Notes under the pieces: generated by a model
Told to the model about the DNA's origin: nothing
Seen by the model: the letters and a program-made list of their open reading frames with translations, nothing else
Databases searched by the model: none
Shown here: piece by piece, positions 1-8,242 of the stretch
How the letters are laid out: each line of letters opens with the position of its first letter
Position numbering within the stretch: the first letter of the stretch is position 1
Origin: Opitutales bacterium
Lineage (GTDB): Bacteria > Verrucomicrobiota > Verrucomicrobiia > Opitutales > Coraliomargaritaceae
NCBI GenBank assembly: GCA_049598495.1
Contig: JBMYNR010000046.1
Coordinates: 1-10,385, forward strand
Length of the DNA: 10,385 nt
Reading direction: 5' to 3'
Made by a program: the position numbers and the translations under genes

Positions 1-41
1 TTTCCGCCCGCTCATTAACGCTCAATCTTCGCTAAAAATGC

Positions 42-108
42 AGGGAGGACGGCGTCCCTCCAACCCTTAGGACGCGTGGGGCATTGTTGGAGTTCGGCCT
101 TTAGGCCG
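42..108. repeat. Back-to-back pair of REP-like palindromes with TTGGAG heads
   Basis: The + strand 87-108 reads TTGGAGTTCGGCCTTTAGGCCG (hairpin CGGCCT-TT-AGGCCG) and matches 9127-9148 at 20/22 positions. The - strand 63-42 reads TTGGAGGGACGCCGTCCTCCCT. Confidence 0.55.
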
Positions 109-229
109 TCTGATCCCATATCTAAAAAGCTTTCAATCGCGACACCCGCACGACGCGAGCATTTGGCCATCGGTCTTGTCGTCACAGCTTCCCCAGGAAG
201 GCCGAAGACTCTAGACTCATTGCAAAAAA

Positions 230-865
230 CTAGAACCCCTTGACACTCACAGGTGCCCGCTCAAGGAGATCATTCATATTCATTTCGGCGAGCTTCCCAT
301 CGAATTCGGTATCCACGATCATCAAGGTATCACCACCGAGTCTCTTTGCACGCACGAGCCCATCATTACGGATCATATCCATTCCAAACGCGCTCTTCAT
401 TTCCCCAAGCTCCTCCTTGCTGGCTCGCTTCCAAAATGACCCACCCCCATGAAGGGCGAGAAGCTGGTTAAACTCAAAACCACTCATTCCCTGGCTGCGC
501 TTGTAGACTTCAGCAACGGAGACCCCGTCCACATAAAGCACATGCAGATCCCAGCCAGCTGAAATACGCCTAGAATCCAACTCTGAAGAGGTGGGGCGAC
601 GGCCGTCATCCGTCTTGAAGTAAATACGAACTGCAGAACCGCTGGGCAGATATTCCATATACTTCATATAAGGCATACCACGCCGGCGAGTTGCCTCAAT
701 GGTGTCGTCGCGGTAAACGATGCCCCCCGAGGCAAACAGTCGACTCTCAATCGTTTGACGGCGCTCTCCAATTCGGGCATCCGCCGACGAGCAAGCAAAT
801 AAACCCGCCATCACCACCGCGAGGACAACCAGGGACGGAACAAATTCTGTGGGGCATTTCATCAT
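230..865 (-). CDS. Hypothetical exported protein (signal peptide, about 211 aa)
   Basis: The ORF track start (1006) overlaps dgt, so ATG at 865 or 862 is more plausible. MMK is followed by hydrophobic SLVVLAVVMAGLFA and an AxA site (ADA|RIGE). No family recognised. Confidence 0.7.
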   Translation of the reverse strand: MMKCPTEFVPSLVVLAVVMAGLFACSSADARIGERRQTIESRLFASGGIVYRDDTIEATRRRGMPYMKYMEYLPSGSAVRIYFKTDDGRRPTSSELDSRRISAGWDLHVLYVDGVSVAEVYKRSQGMSGFEFNQLLALHGGGSFWKRASKEELGEMKSAFGMDMIRNDGLVRAKRLGGDTLMIVDTEFDGKLAEMNMNDLLERAPVSVKGF

Positions 866-919
866 TGAGCTTAGACAAGTAAACTCGCTCACTATTCGTG
901 ACAAAACAAATCCACACCG

Positions 920-2206
920 ATGCCGAACGATTTCTACGCCCCCTTCGACCTCGAACGTTTTCCTGAAACGACCCCACTTGAGGGCGAATACCGCAGCGCC
1001 TTTCAAATTGAGCGTGACAGGATTATCTTCTCCTACCCGTTTCGCAGGCTACAATCGAAGACACAGGTCTTTCAATCGGGCGAGTATGACTTCTACAGGA
1101 CGCGCCTGACGCACTCAATCGAGGTCGCAAAGGTGGGCCGCTCGATCTGCGAGTTCTTATTAGCAAGCTCCCCACTGCTACACGATAAGTTCTACATCGA
1201 CCCCGACCTGACCGAGGCCGTTTGCCTCGCGCACGATCTAGGCCATCCTCCCTTCGGGCACATCGGCGAGCGTAAACTCAATGAACTCATGAGTCCATAT
1301 GGAGGATTTGAAGGCAACGGACAAACCCTCCGCATCCTAACCGAACTCATCTACGAGCGACCGGGGCGCACCCAAGGAATCGCCCCGACCCGGGCCTTTC
1401 TGGATGGCGTCATGAAATACAAGGCAACTCACTCGGAGTGGGTCGCACAGACCTCCAAAACACCCAAGAATCATTTCATCTACAACGATCAAACAGAGTG
1501 GCGCGATCGTGTTTTCGGCGGCAGTGCCCGGCCGGTAGAGTTAAAGGAGGTTGCAGCGCTCAACGCGTTTAAGAGTATTGAATGTCAGATCATGGACTGG
1601 GCCGATGATACGGCCTATTCACTCCACGATATCGTCGACGGGATACATGCACGCTACATCAGCGTCGGCAGTCTAACCGAATGGGCCGCGCAGAAAACAC
1701 TCTCGACGGAGGCTTCGAAACTCGTCGAAACTCTATGCGATAAGATCAAGTCGAATAGCTATGAAGCCTACTTTGGCGCCAAAGTAGGGAGTTTCGTTCA
1801 CGCCTGCAGACTGCGGGAACGCAACGGCTTTCTCAGCGAGCGAACAAACCGGCATGCATTCGATCTAGAAATCGACCCCGATATACAAGCGGAGAGCGCA
1901 CTCTATAAAACCATCGCACTGGATCTGATTTTTAAATCCACCCAACTCCAGCAGATTGAATTCAAGGGCGGTTATATTCTTGAGCGCCTATTTGCAGCCT
2001 TAGTGGATCATTGCGTGGAACCGGGAAGTAAGGGATTAAACCTACTCCCCGGATCGGTGCAGGAGCTTCTTGCGCAAGAACTGGAAGCGAACGGACGCCA
2101 CAGGCGACTCTGCGATTATAGTGCAGGGCTTACCGACGCGCTCGCCGTTCGCACCTACAAGCGGCTATTCGACGCCGATTTCGGCTCCATTGCGGAATTG
2201 CTGTAA
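920..2206 (+). CDS. dgt: Deoxyguanosinetriphosphate triphosphohydrolase (dGTPase, HD superfamily)
   Basis: Motifs [53 protein letters not shown] and C-terminal DYSAGLTD. Confidence 0.95.
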   Translation: MPNDFYAPFDLERFPETTPLEGEYRSAFQIERDRIIFSYPFRRLQSKTQVFQSGEYDFYRTRLTHSIEVAKVGRSICEFLLASSPLLHDKFYIDPDLTEAVCLAHDLGHPPFGHIGERKLNELMSPYGGFEGNGQTLRILTELIYERPGRTQGIAPTRAFLDGVMKYKATHSEWVAQTSKTPKNHFIYNDQTEWRDRVFGGSARPVELKEVAALNAFKSIECQIMDWADDTAYSLHDIVDGIHARYISVGSLTEWAAQKTLSTEASKLVETLCDKIKSNSYEAYFGAKVGSFVHACRLRERNGFLSERTNRHAFDLEIDPDIQAESALYKTIALDLIFKSTQLQQIEFKGGYILERLFAALVDHCVEPGSKGLNLLPGSVQELLAQELEANGRHRRLCDYSAGLTDALAVRTYKRLFDADFGSIAELL

Positions 2207-2248
2207 GGGCCGTGCTGCGCACGGAGTCAAAAGTTGCAGCCTAGCTGC

Positions 2249-2352
2249 AGTTAAGTGGTTGAGTAGAGCCGATATTCACACTTAACTATCACACCTCTTA
2301 ACTTTGCGCTATGCGCTCCACTCAACCACTCAACTCGGCGCGGAGCGCCGCC
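2249..2352. repeat. Intergenic inverted-repeat element made of 8-bp CACTYAAC units (repeat family 2)
   Basis: 2249-2269 AGTTAAGTGGTTGAGTAGAGC is the reverse complement of 2315-2335 GCTCCACTCAACCACTCAACT at 19/21 positions. Extra CACTTAACT and CTCTTAACT units lie inside. The element ends with hairpin CGGCGC-GGA-GCGCCG. Confidence 0.75.
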
Positions 2353-2354
2353 CC

Positions 2355-3479
2355 ATGAAATATAAGACTCAAACTCTTCAAGAGCTCAAAGAGAAGTCCC
2401 CCCTCGCTGGCTCAAAAAAGGCACTCGTCGGTATCGACGGCTTCGTCGATAAGATTGTTCATCCGGTCGATCAACGCTCCGGCCCGGGCGATCAGTTTCA
2501 GGCGATTCCGACGATCACTGATTTCGCCAACCGAATTGGATCCGCTGCCGGGAAGAGCGCCAATATTGAGCTTGCGCCCGTCGTTGAGAAACTCGGAGGC
2601 AACGGCCCAATTATGGCCAATGCACAATCCGCGCATGGCCTCCAAGTTCGCTACCTTGGCGCCCTCGGGCGTGACAGCATTCACCCCGTTTTTCATGATT
2701 TTGCTGAACGAACAAAGGCCATTTCAATCGCTGACCCAGGCGTGACGCTCGCCGCTGAATTCACCGATGGAAAAATTCTTCTCGGATCCATGGCCAGCCT
2801 CGACGAGATCACCTATGAGCGCATCTGCGAATTACTGGGGAAGGATGCGTTCATTTCGATCCTAGGCGAATCCGATCTTATCACGATGACGAACTGGACA
2901 ATGATCCCTTATCTGACTGATATCTTCCGGAGTCTGATTAGCGATGCCCTCCCCCGGTTACCAAAAAACAAAGACCGTACTTTCTTCTTCGATCTCGCTG
3001 ATCCCGAGAAACGCTCTGAAGCCGATCTTCTCGAGGTCCTGCATCTCTTCAAAGAGTTCGAATCCTTCGGAAAAGTCATCCTAGGACTGAACCTGCGTGA
3101 GGCTGAACAAGTCGACGCGTTACTCGGCTTTGAATCGCTGGCTAATACACCGGAGAATCTGCAAACCATGGCAGCGCGCATTCGCGAGACACTTCAACTC
3201 AACACCGTGGTGATCCATCCTGTAGCCGACTCCGCCTGCGCCACCCCGGAAGGCACCGCATACGTCGAAGGCCCCTTCTGTAAAAAGCCAAAAATCACAA
3301 CCGGAGCCGGTGATCACTTCAACTCTGGCTTCGTCACGGCCAGACTCCTCGGCCTCTCCCCTGAAGCAGCCCTCACCGTGGCCGTGGCCACCTCCGGCTA
3401 CTACGTACGCACCGCCGTCAGCCCAAGCCTTAACGACCTCAGCGAATTTATCGAAACAGGCGGAGCCCTTGTCGAGTAG
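2355..3479 (+). CDS. PfkB/ribokinase-family carbohydrate kinase
   Basis: N-terminal LGGNGPIMANA and C-terminal TTGAGDHFNSGF ribokinase-family signatures. ATG 2355 is preferred over TTG 2304, which lies inside the repeat element. Confidence 0.85.
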   Translation: MKYKTQTLQELKEKSPLAGSKKALVGIDGFVDKIVHPVDQRSGPGDQFQAIPTITDFANRIGSAAGKSANIELAPVVEKLGGNGPIMANAQSAHGLQVRYLGALGRDSIHPVFHDFAERTKAISIADPGVTLAAEFTDGKILLGSMASLDEITYERICELLGKDAFISILGESDLITMTNWTMIPYLTDIFRSLISDALPRLPKNKDRTFFFDLADPEKRSEADLLEVLHLFKEFESFGKVILGLNLREAEQVDALLGFESLANTPENLQTMAARIRETLQLNTVVIHPVADSACATPEGTAYVEGPFCKKPKITTGAGDHFNSGFVTARLLGLSPEAALTVAVATSGYYVRTAVSPSLNDLSEFIETGGALVE

Positions 3480-3495
3480 GTTGTCGCAAGGCCTC

Positions 3496-3538
3496 CTCCA
3501 CCCAACGACCCAATCACTCAACCCGGCGTAAGGCCGCC
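3496..3538 (+). repeat. Second copy of the repeat family 2 right arm
   Basis: CTCCACCCAACGACCCAATCACTCAACCCGGCGTAAGGCCGCC aligns with 2316-2352 CTCCACTCAACCACTCAACTCGGCGCGGAGCGCCGCC, with one extra 8-bp unit. Confidence 0.65.
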
Positions 3539-3562
3539 ACCTCTCGACCACAGCCCACACCC

Positions 3563-3633
3563 AACCGCTCATCACCACTTATCACACGCTTATTATTTCA
3601 CCCATCCAACAAAATTAGCGGTCATTAGCGGTC
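3563..3633 (+). repeat. 10-bp-unit inverted element, copy A (repeat family 1)
   Basis: AACCGCTCAT CACCACTTAT CACACGCTTAT, a 20-bp spacer, then ATTAGCGGTC ATTAGCGGTC. Confidence 0.9.
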
Positions 3634-3662
3634 TAAAACAGACACACAAGCCACATTCAAAA

Positions 3663-4304
3663 ATGCCCGGTTTATTCATCACATTCGAAGGCGGCGAAGG
3701 TTGCGGCAAGTCGACCCAAATCGCGGCTCTTAAAGCGAAGCTTGAAGCCGAGGGTCACGAAGTTATTCAAACCCGTGAGCCCGGGGGCACCTCTCTTGGA
3801 GAAGCCATTCGTCACCTCCTACAGCATGACGAATCAGGCCACGGCATGTCAGCCGAAACGGAACTGTTGCTCTTCGCCGCCAGCCGTGCCCAACACGTGC
3901 GCGAACGGATTGCGCCATCCATTGCTGATGGCAAGGTTGTGCTCTGCGATCGATTCATGGATTCAACCACCGTTTATCAGGGCGTCGCCCGCGCGATCCA
4001 TCCGGACCGAGTCGAGGCCATCAACCAGTTCGCAGTCGGCCAGGCAACTCCCGATCTGACCATCCTGATCGACCTCCCGCCGGAAGTTGGCCTCGCCCGC
4101 GTCCACGCCCGCAGTGAAGGACAACTCGACCGTATGGAACAGGAAGCCATCGAGTTTTTCGAAGCCGTCCGAAAAGGCTATCTGGATTTAGCGGCTGAAG
4201 AACCCGAACGCTTTGTCACTCTCGACGGAAGTAAAAGCATTGAAGAACTTGAGGTGTTAATCTGGGACACCGTAAAAGCGAAAATTCAGTCACCTAAAAT
4301 ATAA
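3663..4304 (+). CDS. tmk: Thymidylate kinase
   Basis: FITFEGGEGCGKSTQ P-loop, TREPGGT, ELLLFAASRAQH, VLCDRFMDSTTVYQG and PDLTILIDL. Confidence 0.97.
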   Translation: MPGLFITFEGGEGCGKSTQIAALKAKLEAEGHEVIQTREPGGTSLGEAIRHLLQHDESGHGMSAETELLLFAASRAQHVRERIAPSIADGKVVLCDRFMDSTTVYQGVARAIHPDRVEAINQFAVGQATPDLTILIDLPPEVGLARVHARSEGQLDRMEQEAIEFFEAVRKGYLDLAAEEPERFVTLDGSKSIEELEVLIWDTVKAKIQSPKI

Positions 4305-4310
4305 GGCTAG

Positions 4311-4392
4311 AACCGCTCATCACCACTTATAACACGCTTATCATTTACAACCATCCTACAACATTAGCGGTAATCAGCAGTAATTAGCGGTA
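4311..4392 (+). repeat. 10-bp-unit inverted element, copy B
   Basis: AACCGCTCAT CACCACTTAT AACACGCTTAT, a 21-bp spacer, then ATTAGCGGTA ATCAGCAGTA ATTAGCGGTA. Confidence 0.9.
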
Positions 4393-4441
4393 TAAAAAAG
4401 ATTCACTAAAAGTCTGATTATTAGTAAACTATCCTAATGGC

Positions 4442-4849
4442 ATGAAGGAACCATCCAGCAGTGAATATTTAAGCAAAGAGGGCTACGAACTGATGGCTGC
4501 GGCCTTTGAGGTACATGCCGAACTGAATGGTGGTCTAGCAGAAGAAATCTACCAAGAGAGCCTACAGTGGGAACTACACTTGCGTGTGATTTCCTACACA
4601 AGTAGGGAACAGCTGAACGTTTTCTACAAAGGACATCAGCTAAACAAAAAATACATTCCGGACTTACTTGTCTTTGACGAGATAGTAACAGAACTAAAGG
4701 CAGTCAAAGAACTGCTGCCCGAACACGAGCAACAGTTGATCAACTATATGCGCATCACAAAAAAAGCAGTGGGTTATCTAATTAATTTTGGTCCGATGAA
4801 ACGGCTTCAATGGAAGCGCTATATCATAAAAGAATTTATTCCTAAATAG
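4442..4849 (+). CDS. GxxExxY protein (PD-(D/E)XK nuclease-like, PDDEXK_3 family)
   Basis: AAFEVHAELNGGLAEEIYQESL contains the GxxExxY motif. PDLLV...ELKAV is the nuclease-type core, and QLINYM...GYLINFG is the family C-terminus. The gene is more AT-rich than its neighbours. Confidence 0.92.
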   Translation: MKEPSSSEYLSKEGYELMAAAFEVHAELNGGLAEEIYQESLQWELHLRVISYTSREQLNVFYKGHQLNKKYIPDLLVFDEIVTELKAVKELLPEHEQQLINYMRITKKAVGYLINFGPMKRLQWKRYIIKEFIPK

Positions 4850-4903
4850 CTACATATCATTAGCAGTTCAGAGGTCTGACACATACATACTGATAATTTT
4901 CAA

Positions 4904-5028
4904 AACCGCTAATCACCACTTATCACACGCTTATAATTTTTTCTCATTCAGCAACATTTACGATAATCTCAGAATAAATTCCATAATTGCTACAGATTAT
5001 TAGCGGTCATCAGCGGTGATGAGCGGTC
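4904..5028 (+). repeat. 10-bp-unit inverted element, copy C (long spacer)
   Basis: AACCGCTAAT CACCACTTAT CACACGCTTAT, a 64-bp spacer, then ATTAGCGGTC ATCAGCGGTG ATGAGCGGTC. The first 21 bp of the spacer resemble the A and B spacers and are followed by what may be decayed right-arm units (ATTTACGATA...). Confidence 0.9.
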
Positions 5029-5054
5029 AGACTCATGCATGCGAAAACAACCAA

Positions 5055-5126
5055 GCCCGCCAATTACCACTTATCAAACGCTTATCATTGTTGCTCATTC
5101 AACAACATCGCCGTGATGATCAGTTC
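5055..5126 (+). repeat. 10-bp-unit inverted element, copy D (degenerate)
   Basis: GCCCGCCAAT TACCACTTAT CAAACGCTTAT, spacer CATTGTTGCTCATTCAACAAC, then a decayed right arm ATCGCCGTGATGATCAGTTC. Confidence 0.75.
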
Positions 5127-5132
5127 AAATCT

Positions 5133-6278
5133 ATGAAATACGAATTCAACAAGTGCCCCGACAGAACGGGCTGCGGTAGCCTAAAATGGGATAAGTACAA
5201 AGGACGCGACATTCTGCCACTCTGGGTCGCGGACATGGACTTCCTCACTGCCCCGGAAATCCTCGACGCGCTTCAGCGGCGCCTCGACCACGGCGTCTTT
5301 GGCTACACCATACCTCATGAAGCCCCGATCGAAGCGGTGATCAACTACCTCGCTCGCCAGCATGGCTACAGCGCAAAGGCAAGCTGGCTGAACTTCCTCC
5401 CCGGACTCGTCCCCGCAATCAACCTCTGCTGCCACGCTTTTCTAAAGCCCGAGGAGTCGGCCATCACGATGACCCCGGTCTATCCGCCCTTTCTCAGCGC
5501 ACCTGATTATGCCGGACGTGAGCTAATCAAAGTCCCACTCTGCCTGAACGCTTCAGATCAATGGACGCTCGATATCGATGCCATGGAAGCGGCAGTGAGG
5601 CCAAATACCCGCATGCTCATTCTTTGCAGTCCACACAACCCCGTCGGACGCGTCTTTAATAAAGAAGAACTCAGCGCACTGGCTGATTTCTGCGAGCGGC
5701 ACGACCTGATCATCATCTCCGACGAGATCCACTGTGACCTCGTCTTCGATGCTGAGGCGAAGCACACCGTCACCGCTACCCTCAGCGGGAAAATCGCTGA
5801 CCGCACCGTCACCCTCATGGCGCCCAGCAAGACCTACAACTTACCCGGTCTCGCCTGTGCCTTTTCCGTCATAGAAAATCCCATGCTACGCGCCCGCTTC
5901 CGCGAAACGATTCGCGGGATCATCACCGAGGTCAACTGCTTCGGCTACGCCGGAATCACCGCCGCCTACAACCATGGTGAACCCTGGCGCCAAGCTCTGC
6001 TCACCTATCTGCGTGGCAACTACGAGTTGGTCTACGACTTCATGAAAACGGAACTACCCGAGATCACCTTCCGCCCGATGCAGTCGACCTACCTAGCCTG
6101 GTTCGACGTCAGTCAGCTCGAATTAAAAGACCCCGTCGGACATTTCGAAAAACACGGGGTCGGCCTCTCCGACGGCACGCCCTTTGACGGTCCGCAACAC
6201 CTGCGCCTAAACTTCGGCTGCCCGCGCACGCGGCTCGAAGAAGGGCTGGAGAAGATGAAAGTGGCGGTCCACACATAA
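5133..6278 (+). CDS. MalY/PatB-family PLP-dependent C-S lyase/aminotransferase
   Basis: SLKW, LPLWVADMDF, HGVFGY, LCSPHNPVGRV, ISDEIHCDL, APSKTYNLPGL (PLP lysine) and LRLNFGCP. ATG 5133 is preferred because the ORF-track extension from 5016 runs through repeats C and D. Confidence 0.93.
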   Translation: MKYEFNKCPDRTGCGSLKWDKYKGRDILPLWVADMDFLTAPEILDALQRRLDHGVFGYTIPHEAPIEAVINYLARQHGYSAKASWLNFLPGLVPAINLCCHAFLKPEESAITMTPVYPPFLSAPDYAGRELIKVPLCLNASDQWTLDIDAMEAAVRPNTRMLILCSPHNPVGRVFNKEELSALADFCERHDLIIISDEIHCDLVFDAEAKHTVTATLSGKIADRTVTLMAPSKTYNLPGLACAFSVIENPMLRARFRETIRGIITEVNCFGYAGITAAYNHGEPWRQALLTYLRGNYELVYDFMKTELPEITFRPMQSTYLAWFDVSQLELKDPVGHFEKHGVGLSDGTPFDGPQHLRLNFGCPRTRLEEGLEKMKVAVHT

Positions 6279-6383
6279 AACCGACTGCGTCGGAAACCGC
6301 TAATCACACGCTAATTTAATCCACAGCGTCGAATCGGCCATTGCCGATTCTCATAAGCGGTTATTAGCGGTCAAAAAATGGAT
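6271..6383 (+). repeat. 113-bp duplicated intergenic block containing element copy E (6295-6372)
   Basis: Matches 8243-8365 with 5 substitutions and one 10-bp indel. It contains hairpins CCGAC-TGC-GTCGG and GAATCGGC-CATT-GCCGATTC, the malY stop region and the ATGGAT start of the next gene. Confidence 0.93.
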
Positions 6384-6758
6384 CATATAAGATTAGACCG
6401 CTGGCTCTGGGCGGTGCGAGTGTATAAAACCCGCAGCGATGCCACCGATGCCTGCCGCGGCTCCGCAGTGCGGCTCAATGGCGGGATCGCCAAGCCCTCG
6501 GCCAAAGTACGTGTGGGTGATACCGTTGTTGCCCGCACCAAAGCACTCACGCGCACCTTACAAGTCAAAGCCCTCACGGATAAGCGAATCGGCGCCCCGC
6601 TCGTTGCCGAATACCTCGACGACCAAACCCCAGAATCCGAATACGAAAAAGCCCGCGAAAAGCGGGCCCATGCCAAAGTGTTTACCCATAAAGGCGGCGG
6701 GCGACCAACCAAGAAAGATCGCCGTGACATTGAAAAACTAATCGGATCGGAGACATGA
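6378..6758 (+). CDS. hslR: Ribosome-associated heat shock protein Hsp15 (S4 RNA-binding domain)
   Basis: IRLDRWLWAVRVYKTRSDA, AKPSAKVRVGD and C-terminal GRPTKKDRRDI. Confidence 0.93.
   Translation: MDHIRLDRWLWAVRVYKTRSDATDACRGSAVRLNGGIAKPSAKVRVGDTVVARTKALTRTLQVKALTDKRIGAPLVAEYLDDQTPESEYEKAREKRAHAKVFTHKGGGRPTKKDRRDIEKLIGSET
6721..6752 (+). repeat. 32-bp direct repeat, left copy (3' end of hslR)
   Basis: GCCGTGACATTGAAAAACTAATCGGATCGGAG; 31/32 identical to 8131-8162. Confidence 0.92.
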
Positions 6759-6843
6759 ACCCCCAAGGCAGGACAGTAAAATAGCCGCGTGATTTTTGGA
6801 TGCTATAGCAGCTATCACCCATCAATCAATCTCTCGCCTAACT

Positions 6844-8007
6844 TTAAGAATGATTTGAAAATGAGTTTCCGCCTGCCAGTTCTACCGCTTCTGCGAGAAA
6901 AGACAGTCCAGTTTCAATGTAAGCTCTTTTCTTATTTAAATACGGCTGCTCGCTATCCGTGCTTACCAAAATCAAGCGTGCATTTGGATAGGAAGACTGA
7001 AAGGCGGAAAAATGATTCTCTTGGCCGGACTTAAGCTTCCACTTGCATTCGATCGCAAGCGGTGCCTCTCCTCGTCGAGCGAGCACAAAGTCTATCTCTC
7101 GTTTGCGTTTATCCCGCCAATAAAATAAGTGCTCCGGCTCAAAATGAGCACGCAACTCGTCCAATACCAAATGCTCCCAAAGTCCCCCATAATCTTCATG
7201 CCGCAAGTCCCGCCACCCCCGCGCATGACAAACAAATCCCGTATCAAATCCATACACTTTCGGCATCGATACAATTTCCTTTTGCGGGTTCTTGAAAAAT
7301 GGACGCAATACATGGACGGCCCCCGTTGCTTCCAACACACCAAGATAGTTTGATAGCGTCTGTCGACTGGCACCACAAACCGAAGTTAAGCTGCTGAGTT
7401 CACATAACTGCCCACTCTGTGTCAGCAGGAGCTCTAAAAGCCGCATGAACGCGGTGCGCTTCTCCAAGCGAAATAACTCCTGAATATCCCTCGCCCAGAA
7501 AGCATCCATCCATTCCACAAAATCTTTTTCCGGAAACCCCTCTGAAATAAGATTCTCGGGCAAGCCTCCATGGTACATCCGAGTCTTCAAATCAGCTCCA
7601 AACACTTCCAATTCACTGAACAATACGGGAGCCAGGTGCAGCTGCCTTTTTCGTCCTGAAAGTGTGTCGCGAAATCGTCGACTCGCTCCGAGCGTCGAAG
7701 ATCCCGTCGCCAAAACTCGCAAATTCGGGAAATGATCCGCAGCTATTTTTAGAAGTTCAGACGGCTGTGCAACCCGATGCACTTCATCTAGGATCAAACG
7801 ATTGTTTCCCGCCTGCTCTAGAAAGCCCTCAGGGTCCTCTTCAATCAGTCTGCGCACGCGCGGCAACTCACAGTCAAAATAAACCACATCTTGCAAACTG
7901 CGAGTCAAAGTCGTCTTCCCCACCCGACGCACACCCGTCAACCACAGCACCGGACGTTCCCGCCAAGCCTGCTCCACTCGACTTTGCCAATAAACTCTAT
8001 TTACCAT
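6844..8007 (-). CDS. AAA_14-family ATPase with C-terminal DUF4143 (PD-(D/E)XK-like) domain
   Basis: Walker A GVRRVGKT, Walker B LILDEVH, ATGSS, L.GR, GGLP, PKVYGFDTGF, LWEHLV and YWRD...EIDFV...AIECK. ATG 8007 (MVNR) is preferred over TTG 8067. Confidence 0.9.
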   Translation of the reverse strand: MVNRVYWQSRVEQAWRERPVLWLTGVRRVGKTTLTRSLQDVVYFDCELPRVRRLIEEDPEGFLEQAGNNRLILDEVHRVAQPSELLKIAADHFPNLRVLATGSSTLGASRRFRDTLSGRKRQLHLAPVLFSELEVFGADLKTRMYHGGLPENLISEGFPEKDFVEWMDAFWARDIQELFRLEKRTAFMRLLELLLTQSGQLCELSSLTSVCGASRQTLSNYLGVLEATGAVHVLRPFFKNPQKEIVSMPKVYGFDTGFVCHARGWRDLRHEDYGGLWEHLVLDELRAHFEPEHLFYWRDKRKREIDFVLARRGEAPLAIECKWKLKSGQENHFSAFQSSYPNARLILVSTDSEQPYLNKKRAYIETGLSFLAEAVELAGGNSFSNHS

Positions 8008-8130
8008 ATGCAAACAGAAATAACTTTTAGATATACCAAATGCAAATCTAATTTCATGTAATTCCAAGCACTAACTGTAGATGATGATTCGCCATCCAGA
8101 AATAATTTAAGCCTACTTGGAGTGCGCACA

Positions 8131-8165
8131 GCCGCGACATTGAAAAACTAATCGGATCGGAGTGA
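8131..8165 (+). repeat. 32-bp direct repeat, right copy: orphan hslR 3' end with its own stop codon
   Basis: GCCGCGACATTGAAAAACTAATCGGATCGGAG followed by TGA reads RDIEKLIGSE*, whereas hslR ends RDIEKLIGSET*. Confidence 0.9.
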
Positions 8166-8171
8166 AGCCGA

Positions 8172-8191
8172 GACCGCTCATCACCACTAAT
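8172..8191 (+). repeat. 10-bp-unit element, copy F (left arm only)
   Basis: GACCGCTCAT CACCACTAAT, located 6 bp after the orphan hslR stop codon. Confidence 0.8.
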
Positions 8192-8242
8192 GAAAATCCT
8201 CATGCGAGCATAGCGACAAGACCAGACCATTGAGGATTCAAT

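Noticed and set aside
6..36. GCCCGCTCAT TAACGCTCAAT CTTCGCTAAA as another family-1 left arm
   Set aside because: Too degenerate, no right arm, and at the window edge, so it cannot be distinguished from a different tandem-unit repeat.
155..181. Short matches (GCGAGCAT, CGACAAGACC) between 155-181 and 8204-8223
   Set aside because: Only 8-10 bp and in inconsistent orientations, so compatible with chance.
920..2206. dGTPase as an anti-phage defence gene
   Set aside because: Some dGTPases are defensive, but this one has backbone-like composition, sits among housekeeping genes and is not bracketed by direct repeats. Nothing in the sequence supports a defence role.
5016..5132. N-terminal extensions in the ORF track (malY 5016, pfkB 2304, AAA 8067, hypothetical 1006)
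   Set aside because: They read through repeat elements, AT-rich intergenic DNA or the neighbouring gene. Downstream ATGs match the expected family starts better.
8008..8130. Sigma70 promoter for the AAA gene (TTGCAT-N17-TATTTC on the - strand); similar weak candidates upstream of the MNT gene
   Set aside because: Poor -10 matches in AT-rich DNA; not supportable without transcript data.
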